From a virus: a stretch of 64,000 nucleotides of DNA. The stretch covers positions 1-64,000 of the IMG/VR virus record IMGVR_UViG_3300012954_000010; one strand, written 5' to 3'. Below the pieces are notes generated by a model. It saw nothing but the letters and a program-made list of their open reading frames with translations, did no database searches and was not told where the DNA came from. The translations under genes and the position numbers were made by a program. Of this stretch, positions 9,401-18,870 are shown one piece after another (position 1 is the first letter of the stretch; the number at the start of each line of letters is the position of its first letter).

Positions 9401-10255
9401 ACCAGATTGATATAGGATATCACCAGCAGTGGTTAGAACATTCGCCTGAGCACCTTGTGCTAGGGAATTCCAATATTGACCAGTGGTGTCAGTTTCTGGT
9501 GTATTACCTTGAGATTGAGCAACACAAATATAGGAGTTGCTGTTTCTAGAAACTGCGTCACCTGGGAAGTAAACTGTGCTTGTATCCCAAGTTCCTCTCC
9601 ATGTGAAACCACCGACGATGAAGTCCCAATCAGTCTGACCAGGAGCAGCAGGAGAAGAGTTTACATTAGTAGTTTTTGCAACATACGAGTTACCACCTAG
9701 AAGGACAACATCACCAGGCTTGTATGTTGTAGTTGCATCCCAGTTACCAACAACCTTGAAACCAGTTGTTAGGATTTCCCAAGTGGTGCCAAGACCATTG
9801 TTGGGTTGAATACCTGTGGATGTCGATAGTGCGATGTATGAGTAACCACCGTAAGTTACAATATCACCTTTTTGATATTCAGTGCTTGCGTCCCAAGTAT
9901 CTTCAAACTTTAGACCATCAAGATAATCAGCAAACTTTGCAGGATCAAAGTTAGCTCCAGCGGTGTGAGGAACAGTACATCTATAGAGAACATTACCATA
10001 CTTGGCAATATCGTTCAATCTATAGAAAGTGGCTGTTGCCCAGTCACCAGTATTGTAGATACCCTCTGTGTGCAACGACCAGTTGCCTACATCAGTGGAG
10101 TACCATTGTGCCGCCGTTGAGACCGAAGTATGGTTCGCGGTTGCAACATAAGTGTTAGCACCAAATTTAACAATGTCGTCGATGACATAGGCAGTATCAG
10201 CCGCCCAATCACCGCGCCAGTTAAATTTTAGTCTTCCAAGTCTAAAATCTGCCAT
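6476..10255 (-). CDS. Tail fibre/tailspike-like protein with N-terminal CBM5/12-like repeats and a pectin-lyase-like beta-helix entry
   Basis: Five W....Y..GD.V...G..Y-type repeats; YYVTQEGSDSNTG...AFGTLRHA...IYVKAGTYNE. Confidence 0.7.
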   Translation of the reverse strand: MADFRLGRLKFNWRGDWAADTAYVIDDIVKFGANTYVATANHTSVSTAAQWYSTDVGNWSLHTEGIYNTGDWATATFYRLNDIAKYGNVLYRCTVPHTAGANFDPAKFADYLDGLKFEDTWDASTEYQKGDIVTYGGYSYIALSTSTGIQPNNGLGTTWEILTTGFKVVGNWDATTTYKPGDVVLLGGNSYVAKTTNVNSSPAAPGQTDWDFIVGGFTWRGTWDTSTVYFPGDAVSRNSNSYICVAQSQGNTPETDTTGQYWNSLAQGAQANVLTTAGDILYQSGAGPARLPIGNDGTVLTVDADTGFPAWKKNQVTQKVYYVTQEGSDSNTGENITEAFGTLRHAVDSVSGPATIYVKAGTYNEILPMRVPEEVSIVGDNLRTTRITPRQGEPSTTIELDLAQVPDAQYKVLGSTVNSGDGSKTGEVIDVKDGGSTIVLKIQGFVGHRNGDAYNLLKANTSFLVKETLAKAAAGGVSLSYPPGSDQTQFENDLTLIIQDIYSNLGYGGNDIIYDRVDTQLTNNYWNGGEAEVISILGYMNQIAYDIINNVPVTVTGSHGITQVIDNTITSDPNGCAAIEAAIAALIQVVTDGLTAGNLSGVTRTANSSLWTTSDTYEAGATDIAINGVSIVNNEHATMFLLGNKTMLKDLVMDGMSGFVPSTSDPKDMNTATVKGVYVRLDPNSPITKSPYVSQCSSFGGTATGAIIDGDVHAKWDGTATPSNKSIVFDSWTQIYEEGGVGFWVTNNGASEIVSCFTYYAHISYTATRGGRIRSLAGNSSWGVYAIVSSGFNQNEATLQGQIDGLQLQYDVATITAGPGGDTIWSNDERIVGLTSGAIGEIVSVQAGVYKILYRPLKGTFVQGEVISGQTTNVSANLDSNADAVGGQNGFVLVLTGLTEAPKPGGSIEFITGPGGLGEEPFTFVVSNSSYNAPLGYGTLTVARGLLGSAAATHDGLESITRYQYGDPTTLSAAINNPTETTIFVSSISGFSIGAFLVVEDEMMSITSFPTATSMEVVRGVEGTNAIAHNSGLTVRSIEIKVVGQTDTRRDLDSSQQDIRVTDASGFNLNDFIKIDNEFMQVSNAQTDTTGTVLVVLAAEKPTRTYDGQGYKIRYSYSQVRLTGHDFLNIGSGTKTQVNWPGEPLVPPAPGNEVTEDFPGRVFFVSTDQDGNFTVGRYFRVNQATGSTTLNASSFDLSGLSSLRLGSIGAQLGESITEFSSDVTLSANSNQKVPTQRAVKTYVDSTRTTKGYVFWAGSI

Positions 10256-10267
10256 TTGTGTTTTCCT

Positions 10268-10678
10268 TTACTTAGGTCCTTCGGTGGTATAATCGTATGC
10301 TTCGTTAAAGCGGATAACAAAATATCCATCATCATCGATGTAGTAGGTAATTTTCCTACTATCAAATCTATACTGTTGATATTTATCCTGTGGATCATTG
10401 ACATATGATTTGTCTTCCGTAGTTTCTTCTACGTAATCATACAATCCAGTCGCAATATCTAGGTAAGGAGTTCCATCAAGTCTGTGGAAATCAATAACCT
10501 CATCATCAATACTTCTGATTTTGGTGTAGCGAAGCATACCATCTTCATCTCTGCGAAGAGCGTGAATAGTAAAGTCATTACCCAAATCATAGCTATTACC
10601 AGAGAAACCTCCACCACCGCCAGTGCCTCCACTGCCGCCGCCAGAAGTTCTGTAACTATCGCTGATATACATCGTCAT
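10268..10678 (-). CDS. Hypothetical virion-associated protein
   Basis: Start set at ATG 10678, which makes an ATGA overlap with the upstream stop; Gly linker near the N-terminus. Confidence 0.6.
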   Translation of the reverse strand: MTMYISDSYRTSGGGSGGTGGGGGFSGNSYDLGNDFTIHALRRDEDGMLRYTKIRSIDDEVIDFHRLDGTPYLDIATGLYDYVEETTEDKSYVNDPQDKYQQYRFDSRKITYYIDDDGYFVIRFNEAYDYTTEGPK

Positions 10679-11136
10679 GATACGATTACCCTCCAGTAAC
10701 TGCCTTCCCATATTAACTGAACACTTGCGCCTTTCAGATCAAAAACTAGAGGAGAATCAACTACTCCAAAAGTATTTTGAAACTGTCTGCCGATAGGGTC
10801 CACAATAGTAATATTATTTATATCCCATGTGAACTTTACGTCGATAAACTCTATAACATCACCTGCTTTTGGGACAAGTTGATTATTATAGAGAGGGAGC
10901 GTAAGTGTTAGGGGACCGCTTGAGGAGTCTACAAGATATCTGAGTGAGGTTCCGAGAACTTGACTAGAATTAATTAATTCCCATCTAGCTCTAAAAACAT
11001 CAAAACCGCCAGTCGTACTACCGTCATGAATGACGGCCATATTCTTATCGGTATCAATTGTAAGCTCACCTTCAGCACCAGTAAACAGTGCGTGTTCGGC
11101 TGTAGTACCCCTTCTAAATTGAACCTGAGTTGTCAT
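10675..11136 (-). CDS. Fibre adaptor: Mtd_N-like N-terminus plus gp34-like domain
   Basis: QVQFRRGT...FTGAEGELTIDTDK...IHDG; C-terminal half resembles 5732-6055. Confidence 0.7.
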   Translation of the reverse strand: MTTQVQFRRGTTAEHALFTGAEGELTIDTDKNMAVIHDGSTTGGFDVFRARWELINSSQVLGTSLRYLVDSSSGPLTLTLPLYNNQLVPKAGDVIEFIDVKFTWDINNITIVDPIGRQFQNTFGVVDSPLVFDLKGASVQLIWEGSYWRVIVS

Positions 11137-11159
11137 CAGTGTTTTTTAGATATCATTTG

Positions 11160-11167
11160 TATTTATA
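11160..11167 (-). promoter_or_regulatory. T4-type late promoter TATAAATA
   Basis: Exact consensus upstream of ATG 11136. Confidence 0.8.
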
Positions 11168-11170
11168 GGA

Positions 11171-14100
11171 TTAGATAATCCATCCATAAGATCTTGGAGG
11201 TGTTACCTGGACAAACTTAATTCTCGATTCACCAAATACAATTGCGTCGGTGCTACCTGTGTAGAATTGGAATGGAGCAACATACTTAGTAGAAATATCG
11301 ACTTCGATATTTGTATGACCGAAGTATCTGATAATTCTCTTGTATGTCGTGAGAACATTAACATCAATGTTCCCATCAGTAGTGAAGTAATTTCTGGTGA
11401 GTACAGGAACAACATCTTTGTTGAGTACCCTCGCAGTTCCGAATGTAGATACGACACGAGTAAAGCTGTGTTGAGTATCTCCAACAATCGTAACTTGACC
11501 AGTAGTGATCCATGCACCTCTGCTGAATCTTTCAACTGCGGAACCAGAGATCTCAAGATTGATATCAGATGTAACAGTTCTCGTGAATCTCTGGCGAGCA
11601 GCACCAACAAAGTCGTAGATTGCTCTCGCAGAAACAGCGATTGTTCTAGACTCAGTTGCACTGTCGAATCCGAATAGATTTCCAGATCCAATGAATCTTC
11701 TAGTAGCGACAACCTTAGCATCGCCACTGAATGCAATGTCACCTTCAACAGTGATTCTATTTGTTGTAGACTCAGCAGCACCATTAACTGCAAACAGATT
11801 ACCAAATCCAGTGTAATCAATTGCTCTTGCAATGTCAGCGATACCAGAAATATCAAGTGCGCCTGTCGTGCTGTGTGCAAATGTACGACGCTCGATGCTG
11901 GTAACGAAGTTGAATAGAATACCACCGCCCGTCTCGACTGCGGATGTTCTTTCTGTAGCAAGACCGTTGAATTTGAATAGTCCTTCTGCTGGTGGTAGGA
12001 CAACAGTAGATTCTGCAGCACCGTTGACTGCGAATAGAGAACCATCTCCAATGTAAGATCTTGTAGATCTGATAAATCCAACACCAGTGAAATCGAAGAG
12101 TGCTTCTTTCTCGTCTGGGTTGAATGTGACAGATTCTGCTGCACCACCAAGACCAAATAGTTGACCGTCGCCAATGTAAATCTTGGTAAGAGAATTTGTA
12201 GATACACCAGATGTGAATACTGTACCAGTACCAATATTGTTTGGTGTAAATCTCTCGAATACATCTCCAGTGAGGTCGAGAAGTGCTCCTTCTTCTGGTG
12301 GATTGAAGGTAACTTTCTCTGCGATTCTCTGACCAGAGAAGGAGAACAGTAGTTGTTTTTCTTCTGGATTGAATGTGACAGATTCTGCTGCACCAGAGAA
12401 TTTCTTGAGTGAACCAGTACCAATGTAGATCTTGGTGAGACTTGTTTCTGTAGAAACAAATAGATTGACAGCACCAGAACCAATCCAGTTTGGAATGTAC
12501 TTGATGCTTGCTTCGCCGCGTACAATAGAATCTGCAAATACAGTTTCTGCGAATGTTGCTTTGAGTACAGCTGCTTCTGGACGGAATACAATATCTGACT
12601 GGAACTCTGGTAGTTTGAGAGTAATACTCTCAGCAGCACCACCAAAGTGACCAATAAAGACATCAGCTTCGTATGCACGAGCTCTGGTTGTTCCGCCAAC
12701 ACCTGTGATATCGACGAATACTGTTGGTTGCTCTGCAAATGTGAGGATTGGTTCTGATACTTCTCCAGAGAACAGGATGGTTCCACCCTGACTGACTTCT
12801 CTGTAACCAGCACGAAGACCTGCTTTGTCTGGACGGAATGCAATGTCTACCTGGAATGCAGGTAGTTTTCTGGTAATTGCTTCGTTGGTAAATCCAACTG
12901 TGAAGATAGAACCTTCGACAGAGTAAGCACGAGCTCTTGGAGTTTCTGCAACTCCAAATACTTCGACTTGTACTTCTGGTTGCTCTGCAAATGTAAGTAG
13001 TTCTGGTGCAGTTGTTCCAGAAACAAATAGATTTCCGAACCCAATATTGCCGCCAAATGTGCGTCTTTGAGCAACAGCACCCTTGAGTTCCAGATCTGCC
13101 TGGAATGCAGGGATTCTGATTGTGATTGCTTCCGCACTTTGACCGATACTGAATAGAGTACCTTCGCCAAGGTGAACATCGACGATTCTGTAAGATGCTG
13201 CTCCAAATACAGATACTGTACCAAATGGTTGCTCTGCAAATGTGAGGATTTCTGGTGCAGTTGTTCCAGATAGTTTGATGTTTGCAGTGAAGGATTCTGC
13301 ACGAGCAACTCGTACATCTGCTGCACCAACTGGAGAGAATAGTGCAGTCTTCTCTTCTGGATTTGCAGTGAAGGACTCTGCTGCTCCACTGAGTGCGAAG
13401 ATGCGACCTTCGCCAAAGTGAGACAGAGTAATAATTGGTACAACAGATTCGTTGAATACACGAAGATCTGCTTGACCGACATAGTTGTCTGTCTGTTTCT
13501 CGACTGCGATACCAGATAGTTTGGTGTGTGCAGTGAAGGATTCGACAATTGTGGATCTGATTCCAGCGGTTCCCTTGAGTTCCAGATCTGCCTGGAACGC
13601 TGGAATATCGATTGTAATTGCTTCGGAACTTGCTCCGATAGAGAATAGTAGACCAGAACCATTCCAATTTGGTGCAAATCTGAATTTCGCTCCACCTCTG
13701 ATTTCGACATCGACTTGTCTGAGAGTGTCGGTTGCTGCTCTCTCGTCTGCTGTACCAAAAACCCTGAGATCGACATGACCAGTGTATCCGAGAGCAAATG
13801 CCTCGTCTGCTGTGCCAGTAAACTTGTAAGTGAATGTCTCTGCTGGTGGTGTTGCTCCAACAGACTCGACTGCTCCACCAAATCCAAATAGTCTTCCAGA
13901 ACCAATGTATACTGGTGCAAGTCTGGTAGTGGTAGATACAAGAGTGAATAGAGATCCAGAACCAATGTGCAACAGACTGAAGTTTGTCTTGACTTGTCTG
14001 AAGTCGCTGGTAAGATTGGAGATTCTTCCGAATGGGTATTCGGATACTTTGCTGAGTAGAGAAGCAGGGTAGGAAGTAAATCCGTAGTCTTCCCTGACAG

Positions 14101-17100
14101 TTCTTTCGTTGTTTTCGCTTGTGATAAATCCACAATCGACACTGCTTGTAACAACAGAACCAATAGTAGGATTGATGGAGAATGTATTTTGAACTGTTGC
14201 AACAACACCTGCTCCAGGAGATCCAATCTGAATGATTGAAGTTGGAGCACTTCCAGTAAGAACTTGACTGGTTGCAATGTTGGTAATTTGACCAGAAGCA
14301 GGAAGACCCTGATAGTCTCTCTTCTGGTAGAAGTTGATAGAAGAATCGTTGTAGTGGTAGGTCCTTCTTTCTGCGCTGCCACTGACTGCAAACAGACTTC
14401 CTTCTGTCTGATAACCAAATGTTCTGAGGACTGGTTCTGCAGTACCAAAAATTTCTGCGCGAGCAGTACCATTCCAGTTTGGTACGAACGATTCGCCTGC
14501 GTCTCCAAAGAAGGAGAAGAGCATCTGCTTCTCGTCTGGATTGAAGCTGACGCTTTCGACAAGACCGCCAAGACCAAATAGTTGACCTTCGCCTTCGTAT
14601 GCAAATGTTCTGCGCTCGTCTTTTCCAACAAACGAAGGAATTCTTCCTTCTCCAGTAAATACCTTGGAAAGACTGCTGTGTGCAGAACCATTGACTTCGA
14701 TCTGGATCTCTGCAACCCACTGAGGATTGACTCTTGCGCGACCATCGACAAATATCTTGAGTCCACCAGAACCAATATGTCTGAGAGCAAAATTGGTACG
14801 AGTTGCACTGTTGAGTAGGAACTTGCCAAACGGATAGTTCGTAACAGTCTGGGTGATGAATCCCCAATCGATTGTACCAGAGTGTCCAGTTGTAATAACT
14901 CCATGATCTAGAGTTAGTGTTGGAACTGCATTTGCAGTTAGGATAATCTGATACTGAGGATCTACTACCGCAGTGACACCATTCTCGATTCTGATAACTG
15001 GATCCGAAGAAGTTCCAGAGAGAATAGTTGGAGTTGTAATACTTCCAAGCGATGCTGTAGATGGAAGGAATCCGAAGTTCTCGTAATCGAAGAACCCAAT
15101 AGAAGAATCGTTGTAGCTGTAGGTACGACGCTCGTGATAAGCATCTCCCTCGAATACAAACAGATTGCTGACTTCGTTCTGAGCAAATGTTCTGAGAACA
15201 GAAGATGGTGTACCATCGACTTTGATGGATCCCTCGACAATCCAGTTGGGAGAGAAGGATACATGAGCAGCACCAACAAACTCGAATAGACCATCCTTGA
15301 GTTCGCTGAAGGTTGCAGATTCTGCAGCACCATTGATTGCAAAGATCTGACCTTCGCCTTGGTATGCAAATGCTCTGCTGTCTGTTGTAGATACAAAGTT
15401 GAACAGGTCACCGCGTCCAACATAAGTCTTAGTGAGACTGTACTCCTCACCACCGAAGACTTCGATTTGAATCTCAGCAAACCATTGAGGATTGACTCTT
15501 GCTCTACCCTCACCACTAAGTATGACTTCACCGTCACCAATGTGTCTGAGGGAGAAGTTAGTGTGAGCAGCACCGTTGTAAAGGAACTTACCGAATGGAT
15601 AGTTGGTAACTGTCTGACTGATGAAGCCCCAGTCGATGTTTCCAGAGTAACCTTCGGTAATAGTACCGTGATCGTATACCGTAGTTGGAACGGTATTTGC
15701 ATTCAAGACGAGCCTGAATGTTGGATTGACCGTTACAGTATTCTCGATTCTTACAACTGGATCTGTAGACTCTCCTGATATAGTCTGAGGACCAGAAATA
15801 GTCTGTATAGATGCACTGGATGGAATGAATCCAAAGTTCTCGTATCTGAAGAACGAGATAGAAGAATCGTTGTAATCGTAAGTGCGTCTTTCGTGGTATG
15901 CATCACCAGTAAAGACGAATAGATTACCAACTTCATCCTGAGCAAATGTTCTCTTGATGTCAGATACAGCACCTGTTACATCAATGACACCTTCAGAGAT
16001 CCAGTTAGGTGCGAAGCTGACATGTGCAGCATTGCTGAATTCAATACCACCAGATCCAATATAATCAGTAGCAACTCTCTCTTCTGTAGAGACGAAGTTG
16101 AATAGGTCTCCAGAACCTGCGTATGCATATGCTCTGGTTTCTTCGCCGCCACCAATACTGAATAGGTTACCAGAACCAGGATGTAGAAGACTGAAGTTAG
16201 TTTTGGCAACACCACTAACTTTGTTGATGATGAATCCTTTCCAGATTGGATTGGTTTTAGCAATCGCAACACCAAAGACAGAGATGTCACCCTGAACAAC
16301 ATAATTAGGAACAAAGTTGATGAGTGTCTCAGACTTGAGTCTGCTGACACCGAATGGGAATTTAGTTCCAGTAACATTAATGAATCCCCAATCCTCATTG
16401 GTAGTCTTACCAATAGAAATAGGAGCGTATTCAATTGTATTTTGTGGAGTACCAATAGGCAGTGCAACTTGGTACTGTGGTGAAACACTCGCCGTTACAC
16501 CAGGATCAACCAGAACTATCGACTCAGAACTGACTCCCGATAGTGTCTGGTTGCTTGTAATATGTTGGTATGTCTGGAGTGGAACAGTTCCAAAATCCAG
16601 ATACCCGAATGGTACAACAGAAGATGTGTTGTACGAATAAGTTCTTCTTTCGTCCTTACTGTTGAGTGCTGGTAGAGTTCCAGAAGCTTCGTATCCGAAG
16701 GTTCTAAGTATAGGTGCAGAACCATCAACTTCGACAGTACCACTACCGACCCAGTTAGGCTGGAATGCAACATCTGCATTTCCACTAACTTCAATAACTC
16801 CTTGCGTTTCGTATGCTCTGCTACGAAGGGAGAATCCATTACCAATATTGAATAGATTTCCACTTCCAAGTTCTTGCTTGGAGAATGCAATATCCGTAAG
16901 CGACTGGATGCCAAAGAGACCATCGGTCTTGATGCTTGGCACCCAGTGCGTAACGGTGTTACCAGTAACATGCAGTGTACCCGTAACGATATACGGAGCG
17001 ACCAGACGATAGTAAGTATCGCCTCTTTCAAATACAGTACCTGTACCAACCCATGCATGTACAACTGTCCAAGTTGTATTACTGACAGGTCTAAGTGTTC

Positions 17101-17359
17101 CGAATGGGAAGTTAGTGTCTGTGTAGATGATTCTTCCCCAATCATCCACTGCAACTGCTTCGGTGTCTCTAACGGACCCACCATCAACAAAAGCAGTTGG
17201 TGTTAATGCTAGTGAATTTAAACCGTAGTCAATCTCAATGAACGGTTCAATAGACGAAGGATTCCATGAATATGAATGTCTCTCACCACTAAAAATACGC
17301 AGCGCAAAACTAGACCCAGAAGGTCCATCTATACCAGTTGTATAGACATGCGTTGCCAT
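11171..17359 (-). CDS. 2062-aa periodic beta-strand-rich virion protein (candidate fibre scaffold/ruler)
   Basis: Long ORF with SD GGAGGG; recurring G.G.LF...GAAES and TFAEQP units with about 83-aa and about 253-aa periods. Confidence 0.8.
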   Translation of the reverse strand: MATHVYTTGIDGPSGSSFALRIFSGERHSYSWNPSSIEPFIEIDYGLNSLALTPTAFVDGGSVRDTEAVAVDDWGRIIYTDTNFPFGTLRPVSNTTWTVVHAWVGTGTVFERGDTYYRLVAPYIVTGTLHVTGNTVTHWVPSIKTDGLFGIQSLTDIAFSKQELGSGNLFNIGNGFSLRSRAYETQGVIEVSGNADVAFQPNWVGSGTVEVDGSAPILRTFGYEASGTLPALNSKDERRTYSYNTSSVVPFGYLDFGTVPLQTYQHITSNQTLSGVSSESIVLVDPGVTASVSPQYQVALPIGTPQNTIEYAPISIGKTTNEDWGFINVTGTKFPFGVSRLKSETLINFVPNYVVQGDISVFGVAIAKTNPIWKGFIINKVSGVAKTNFSLLHPGSGNLFSIGGGEETRAYAYAGSGDLFNFVSTEERVATDYIGSGGIEFSNAAHVSFAPNWISEGVIDVTGAVSDIKRTFAQDEVGNLFVFTGDAYHERRTYDYNDSSISFFRYENFGFIPSSASIQTISGPQTISGESTDPVVRIENTVTVNPTFRLVLNANTVPTTVYDHGTITEGYSGNIDWGFISQTVTNYPFGKFLYNGAAHTNFSLRHIGDGEVILSGEGRARVNPQWFAEIQIEVFGGEEYSLTKTYVGRGDLFNFVSTTDSRAFAYQGEGQIFAINGAAESATFSELKDGLFEFVGAAHVSFSPNWIVEGSIKVDGTPSSVLRTFAQNEVSNLFVFEGDAYHERRTYSYNDSSIGFFDYENFGFLPSTASLGSITTPTILSGTSSDPVIRIENGVTAVVDPQYQIILTANAVPTLTLDHGVITTGHSGTIDWGFITQTVTNYPFGKFLLNSATRTNFALRHIGSGGLKIFVDGRARVNPQWVAEIQIEVNGSAHSSLSKVFTGEGRIPSFVGKDERRTFAYEGEGQLFGLGGLVESVSFNPDEKQMLFSFFGDAGESFVPNWNGTARAEIFGTAEPVLRTFGYQTEGSLFAVSGSAERRTYHYNDSSINFYQKRDYQGLPASGQITNIATSQVLTGSAPTSIIQIGSPGAGVVATVQNTFSINPTIGSVVTSSVDCGFITSENNERTVREDYGFTSYPASLLSKVSEYPFGRISNLTSDFRQVKTNFSLLHIGSGSLFTLVSTTTRLAPVYIGSGRLFGFGGAVESVGATPPAETFTYKFTGTADEAFALGYTGHVDLRVFGTADERAATDTLRQVDVEIRGGAKFRFAPNWNGSGLLFSIGASSEAITIDIPAFQADLELKGTAGIRSTIVESFTAHTKLSGIAVEKQTDNYVGQADLRVFNESVVPIITLSHFGEGRIFALSGAAESFTANPEEKTALFSPVGAADVRVARAESFTANIKLSGTTAPEILTFAEQPFGTVSVFGAASYRIVDVHLGEGTLFSIGQSAEAITIRIPAFQADLELKGAVAQRRTFGGNIGFGNLFVSGTTAPELLTFAEQPEVQVEVFGVAETPRARAYSVEGSIFTVGFTNEAITRKLPAFQVDIAFRPDKAGLRAGYREVSQGGTILFSGEVSEPILTFAEQPTVFVDITGVGGTTRARAYEADVFIGHFGGAAESITLKLPEFQSDIVFRPEAAVLKATFAETVFADSIVRGEASIKYIPNWIGSGAVNLFVSTETSLTKIYIGTGSLKKFSGAAESVTFNPEEKQLLFSFSGQRIAEKVTFNPPEEGALLDLTGDVFERFTPNNIGTGTVFTSGVSTNSLTKIYIGDGQLFGLGGAAESVTFNPDEKEALFDFTGVGFIRSTRSYIGDGSLFAVNGAAESTVVLPPAEGLFKFNGLATERTSAVETGGGILFNFVTSIERRTFAHSTTGALDISGIADIARAIDYTGFGNLFAVNGAAESTTNRITVEGDIAFSGDAKVVATRRFIGSGNLFGFDSATESRTIAVSARAIYDFVGAARQRFTRTVTSDINLEISGSAVERFSRGAWITTGQVTIVGDTQHSFTRVVSTFGTARVLNKDVVPVLTRNYFTTDGNIDVNVLTTYKRIIRYFGHTNIEVDISTKYVAPFQFYTGSTDAIVFGESRIKFVQVTPPRSYGWII
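12120..13597. repeat. Exact 25-27 bp direct repeats spaced about 249 bp (or twice that) apart inside the 2062-aa gene
   Basis: ttgaatgtgacagattctgctgcacca at 12120 and 12369; tggttgctctgcaaatgtgaggatt at 12725 and 13226 (18-bp partial at 12977); cccttgagttccagatctgcctggaa at 13080 and 13572. Confidence 0.85.
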
Positions 17360-17384
17360 AGATTCAGATTCCCTCCACTAAAAC

Positions 17385-17414
17385 AAAAAAGGGGATCCAA
17401 CAATGAATCCCCTC
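17385..17414 (-). terminator. Intrinsic terminator between the 462-aa and 2062-aa genes
   Basis: GAGGGGATTCA-TTGT-TGGATCCCCTT followed by TTTT. Confidence 0.85.
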
Positions 17415-17444
17415 ACACATAATAATGAATTCAATTTGAACCAA

Positions 17445-18833
17445 TCAGTCGAGGCTGACATTCAGTGTGACTTTGATTTGGTCACCCGCGTTTTGAATCG
17501 CGTATGGACCATTTGTGAATCTCTCAGCGAAGAAGATCGCATCATAGAGAGTCGCTGCACCAGTACCATCAATTGCTTTGGTAGTGGTGAAAGTATTTGC
17601 ATCAGGTACAGTGTGAACAATGTATGTACCAGCAGTAGTTGTGCTGTTACCAGTACCCTGATCGATGTAGACTGCATCACCAACAACTAGACCATGACCA
17701 GTTGCAGTAACTTTGCTGAAGTCAAAGAGAACAGTGTCGTTACCGTTAGATGCCTGAATGTTTTCAATCAGTAGGTTGTTCAAGTAAACTGTTACAGTTC
17801 CGTCAGTGTCTTCTGTCTCGAAGTCAATACCAGTGATGATGGTGTTAGCATCAATACCGTTTGGAGTAGAACTCTGAGAAACTCTCATGCCGAGTGCTAG
17901 GTCTTCAGCAACATTCGCCTTGAATGTAGCATCACCAGAAACTGCACCAGCGTTAGGCTTGTCTAGGTATACAGTAGTACCAACGATACCAGCAACGCGA
18001 GCGTTAAGAGCGATGTTAGTTCCAGTTACGCGCTGGTTAACAACAACGCCAGTAGTGGAAGCAACGCTGATCTCGAACTCACCAGCAGTACCAGTAGCAG
18101 CAGTAACTGCAGATACAGCAGCAAGAGTTAGATAGTTGTTACCAATCGTTCCTCTGACACCAGACTTAGAAATCTGAGTACCAGCAGCAATAGTTGCTGC
18201 GTCTGCCACACCGTGAATAGTGGTAGGCATGTTGTTGGCACGGGACAGATAGTAACCGTAGATGTTACCTGCAGGACCATCAAAGGTGAAAGTCTGCTCA
18301 GGATAAGAAGCAGTTGTTCTACCCTTACCGAAAGCAAGAGGTTGTGCAGTGAAGTTACCGCTGTTTTTGACACTCAAGTTGAGGGTTGTGCCGTCGATAT
18401 CGACAACATATGCACCAGTTCCGACAGAACCACCAGTGACATAATCGCCCTTCTTAATACCAGTATTGCTAGCAACAGTAATCAGGTATTCGCCAGAGAC
18501 ACCATCACCATTGACGGTAGTAACTGCAGATGGTTCAGTTTCAATGGTCCAACGGTTACCATTCAAGAGGATACCATACTGCTGAACATAGTCCTGGTCA
18601 GTTCTGTTGTTAATGACCTGAGGATATCCAGTAGTAGGACCAGAACCGTAACCGATCGTGTTGTTATCGGTGTATGGTTCAAAATATCTAGTCTGAGAGG
18701 GAGTGTCACTCTCTGCAGGATATGTGTCTGTGCTAAACAGTTTTAGAATTAGATTCCTAGGAATGTTCTGCGAATAGTTCAGCAGATTTCTTAGAGAATC
18801 AATTTCGCCGTTGTCGGTTACTAAGAGTGCCAT
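17445..18833 (-). CDS. Virion structural protein (candidate major fibre/filament subunit)
   Basis: LILKLF...TP...ASYPEQTFTF...IYGYY and AERFTNGPY..QNAGDQIKVTL flank inserted small beta domains; SD GAGG; own late promoters. Confidence 0.65.
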   Translation of the reverse strand: MALLVTDNGEIDSLRNLLNYSQNIPRNLILKLFSTDTYPAESDTPSQTRYFEPYTDNNTIGYGSGPTTGYPQVINNRTDQDYVQQYGILLNGNRWTIETEPSAVTTVNGDGVSGEYLITVASNTGIKKGDYVTGGSVGTGAYVVDIDGTTLNLSVKNSGNFTAQPLAFGKGRTTASYPEQTFTFDGPAGNIYGYYLSRANNMPTTIHGVADAATIAAGTQISKSGVRGTIGNNYLTLAAVSAVTAATGTAGEFEISVASTTGVVVNQRVTGTNIALNARVAGIVGTTVYLDKPNAGAVSGDATFKANVAEDLALGMRVSQSSTPNGIDANTIITGIDFETEDTDGTVTVYLNNLLIENIQASNGNDTVLFDFSKVTATGHGLVVGDAVYIDQGTGNSTTTAGTYIVHTVPDANTFTTTKAIDGTGAATLYDAIFFAERFTNGPYAIQNAGDQIKVTLNVSLD

Positions 18834-18870
18834 GTGTGTCCTCTGTCGATTACGTTGCTATCTGTAAGAT

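Noticed and set aside
10675-11136. Diversity-generating retroelement suggested by the Mtd_N-like domain
   Set aside because: No reverse transcriptase and no adenine-specific TR/VR pair were seen in the window.
11203-14904. 546-, 734- and 685-aa alternative-frame ORFs as independent genes
   Set aside because: No SD or promoter, and the composition is typical of frame shadows (L/Q/S-rich or C/W/R-rich). Not called as CDS; their openness is reported as a finding instead.
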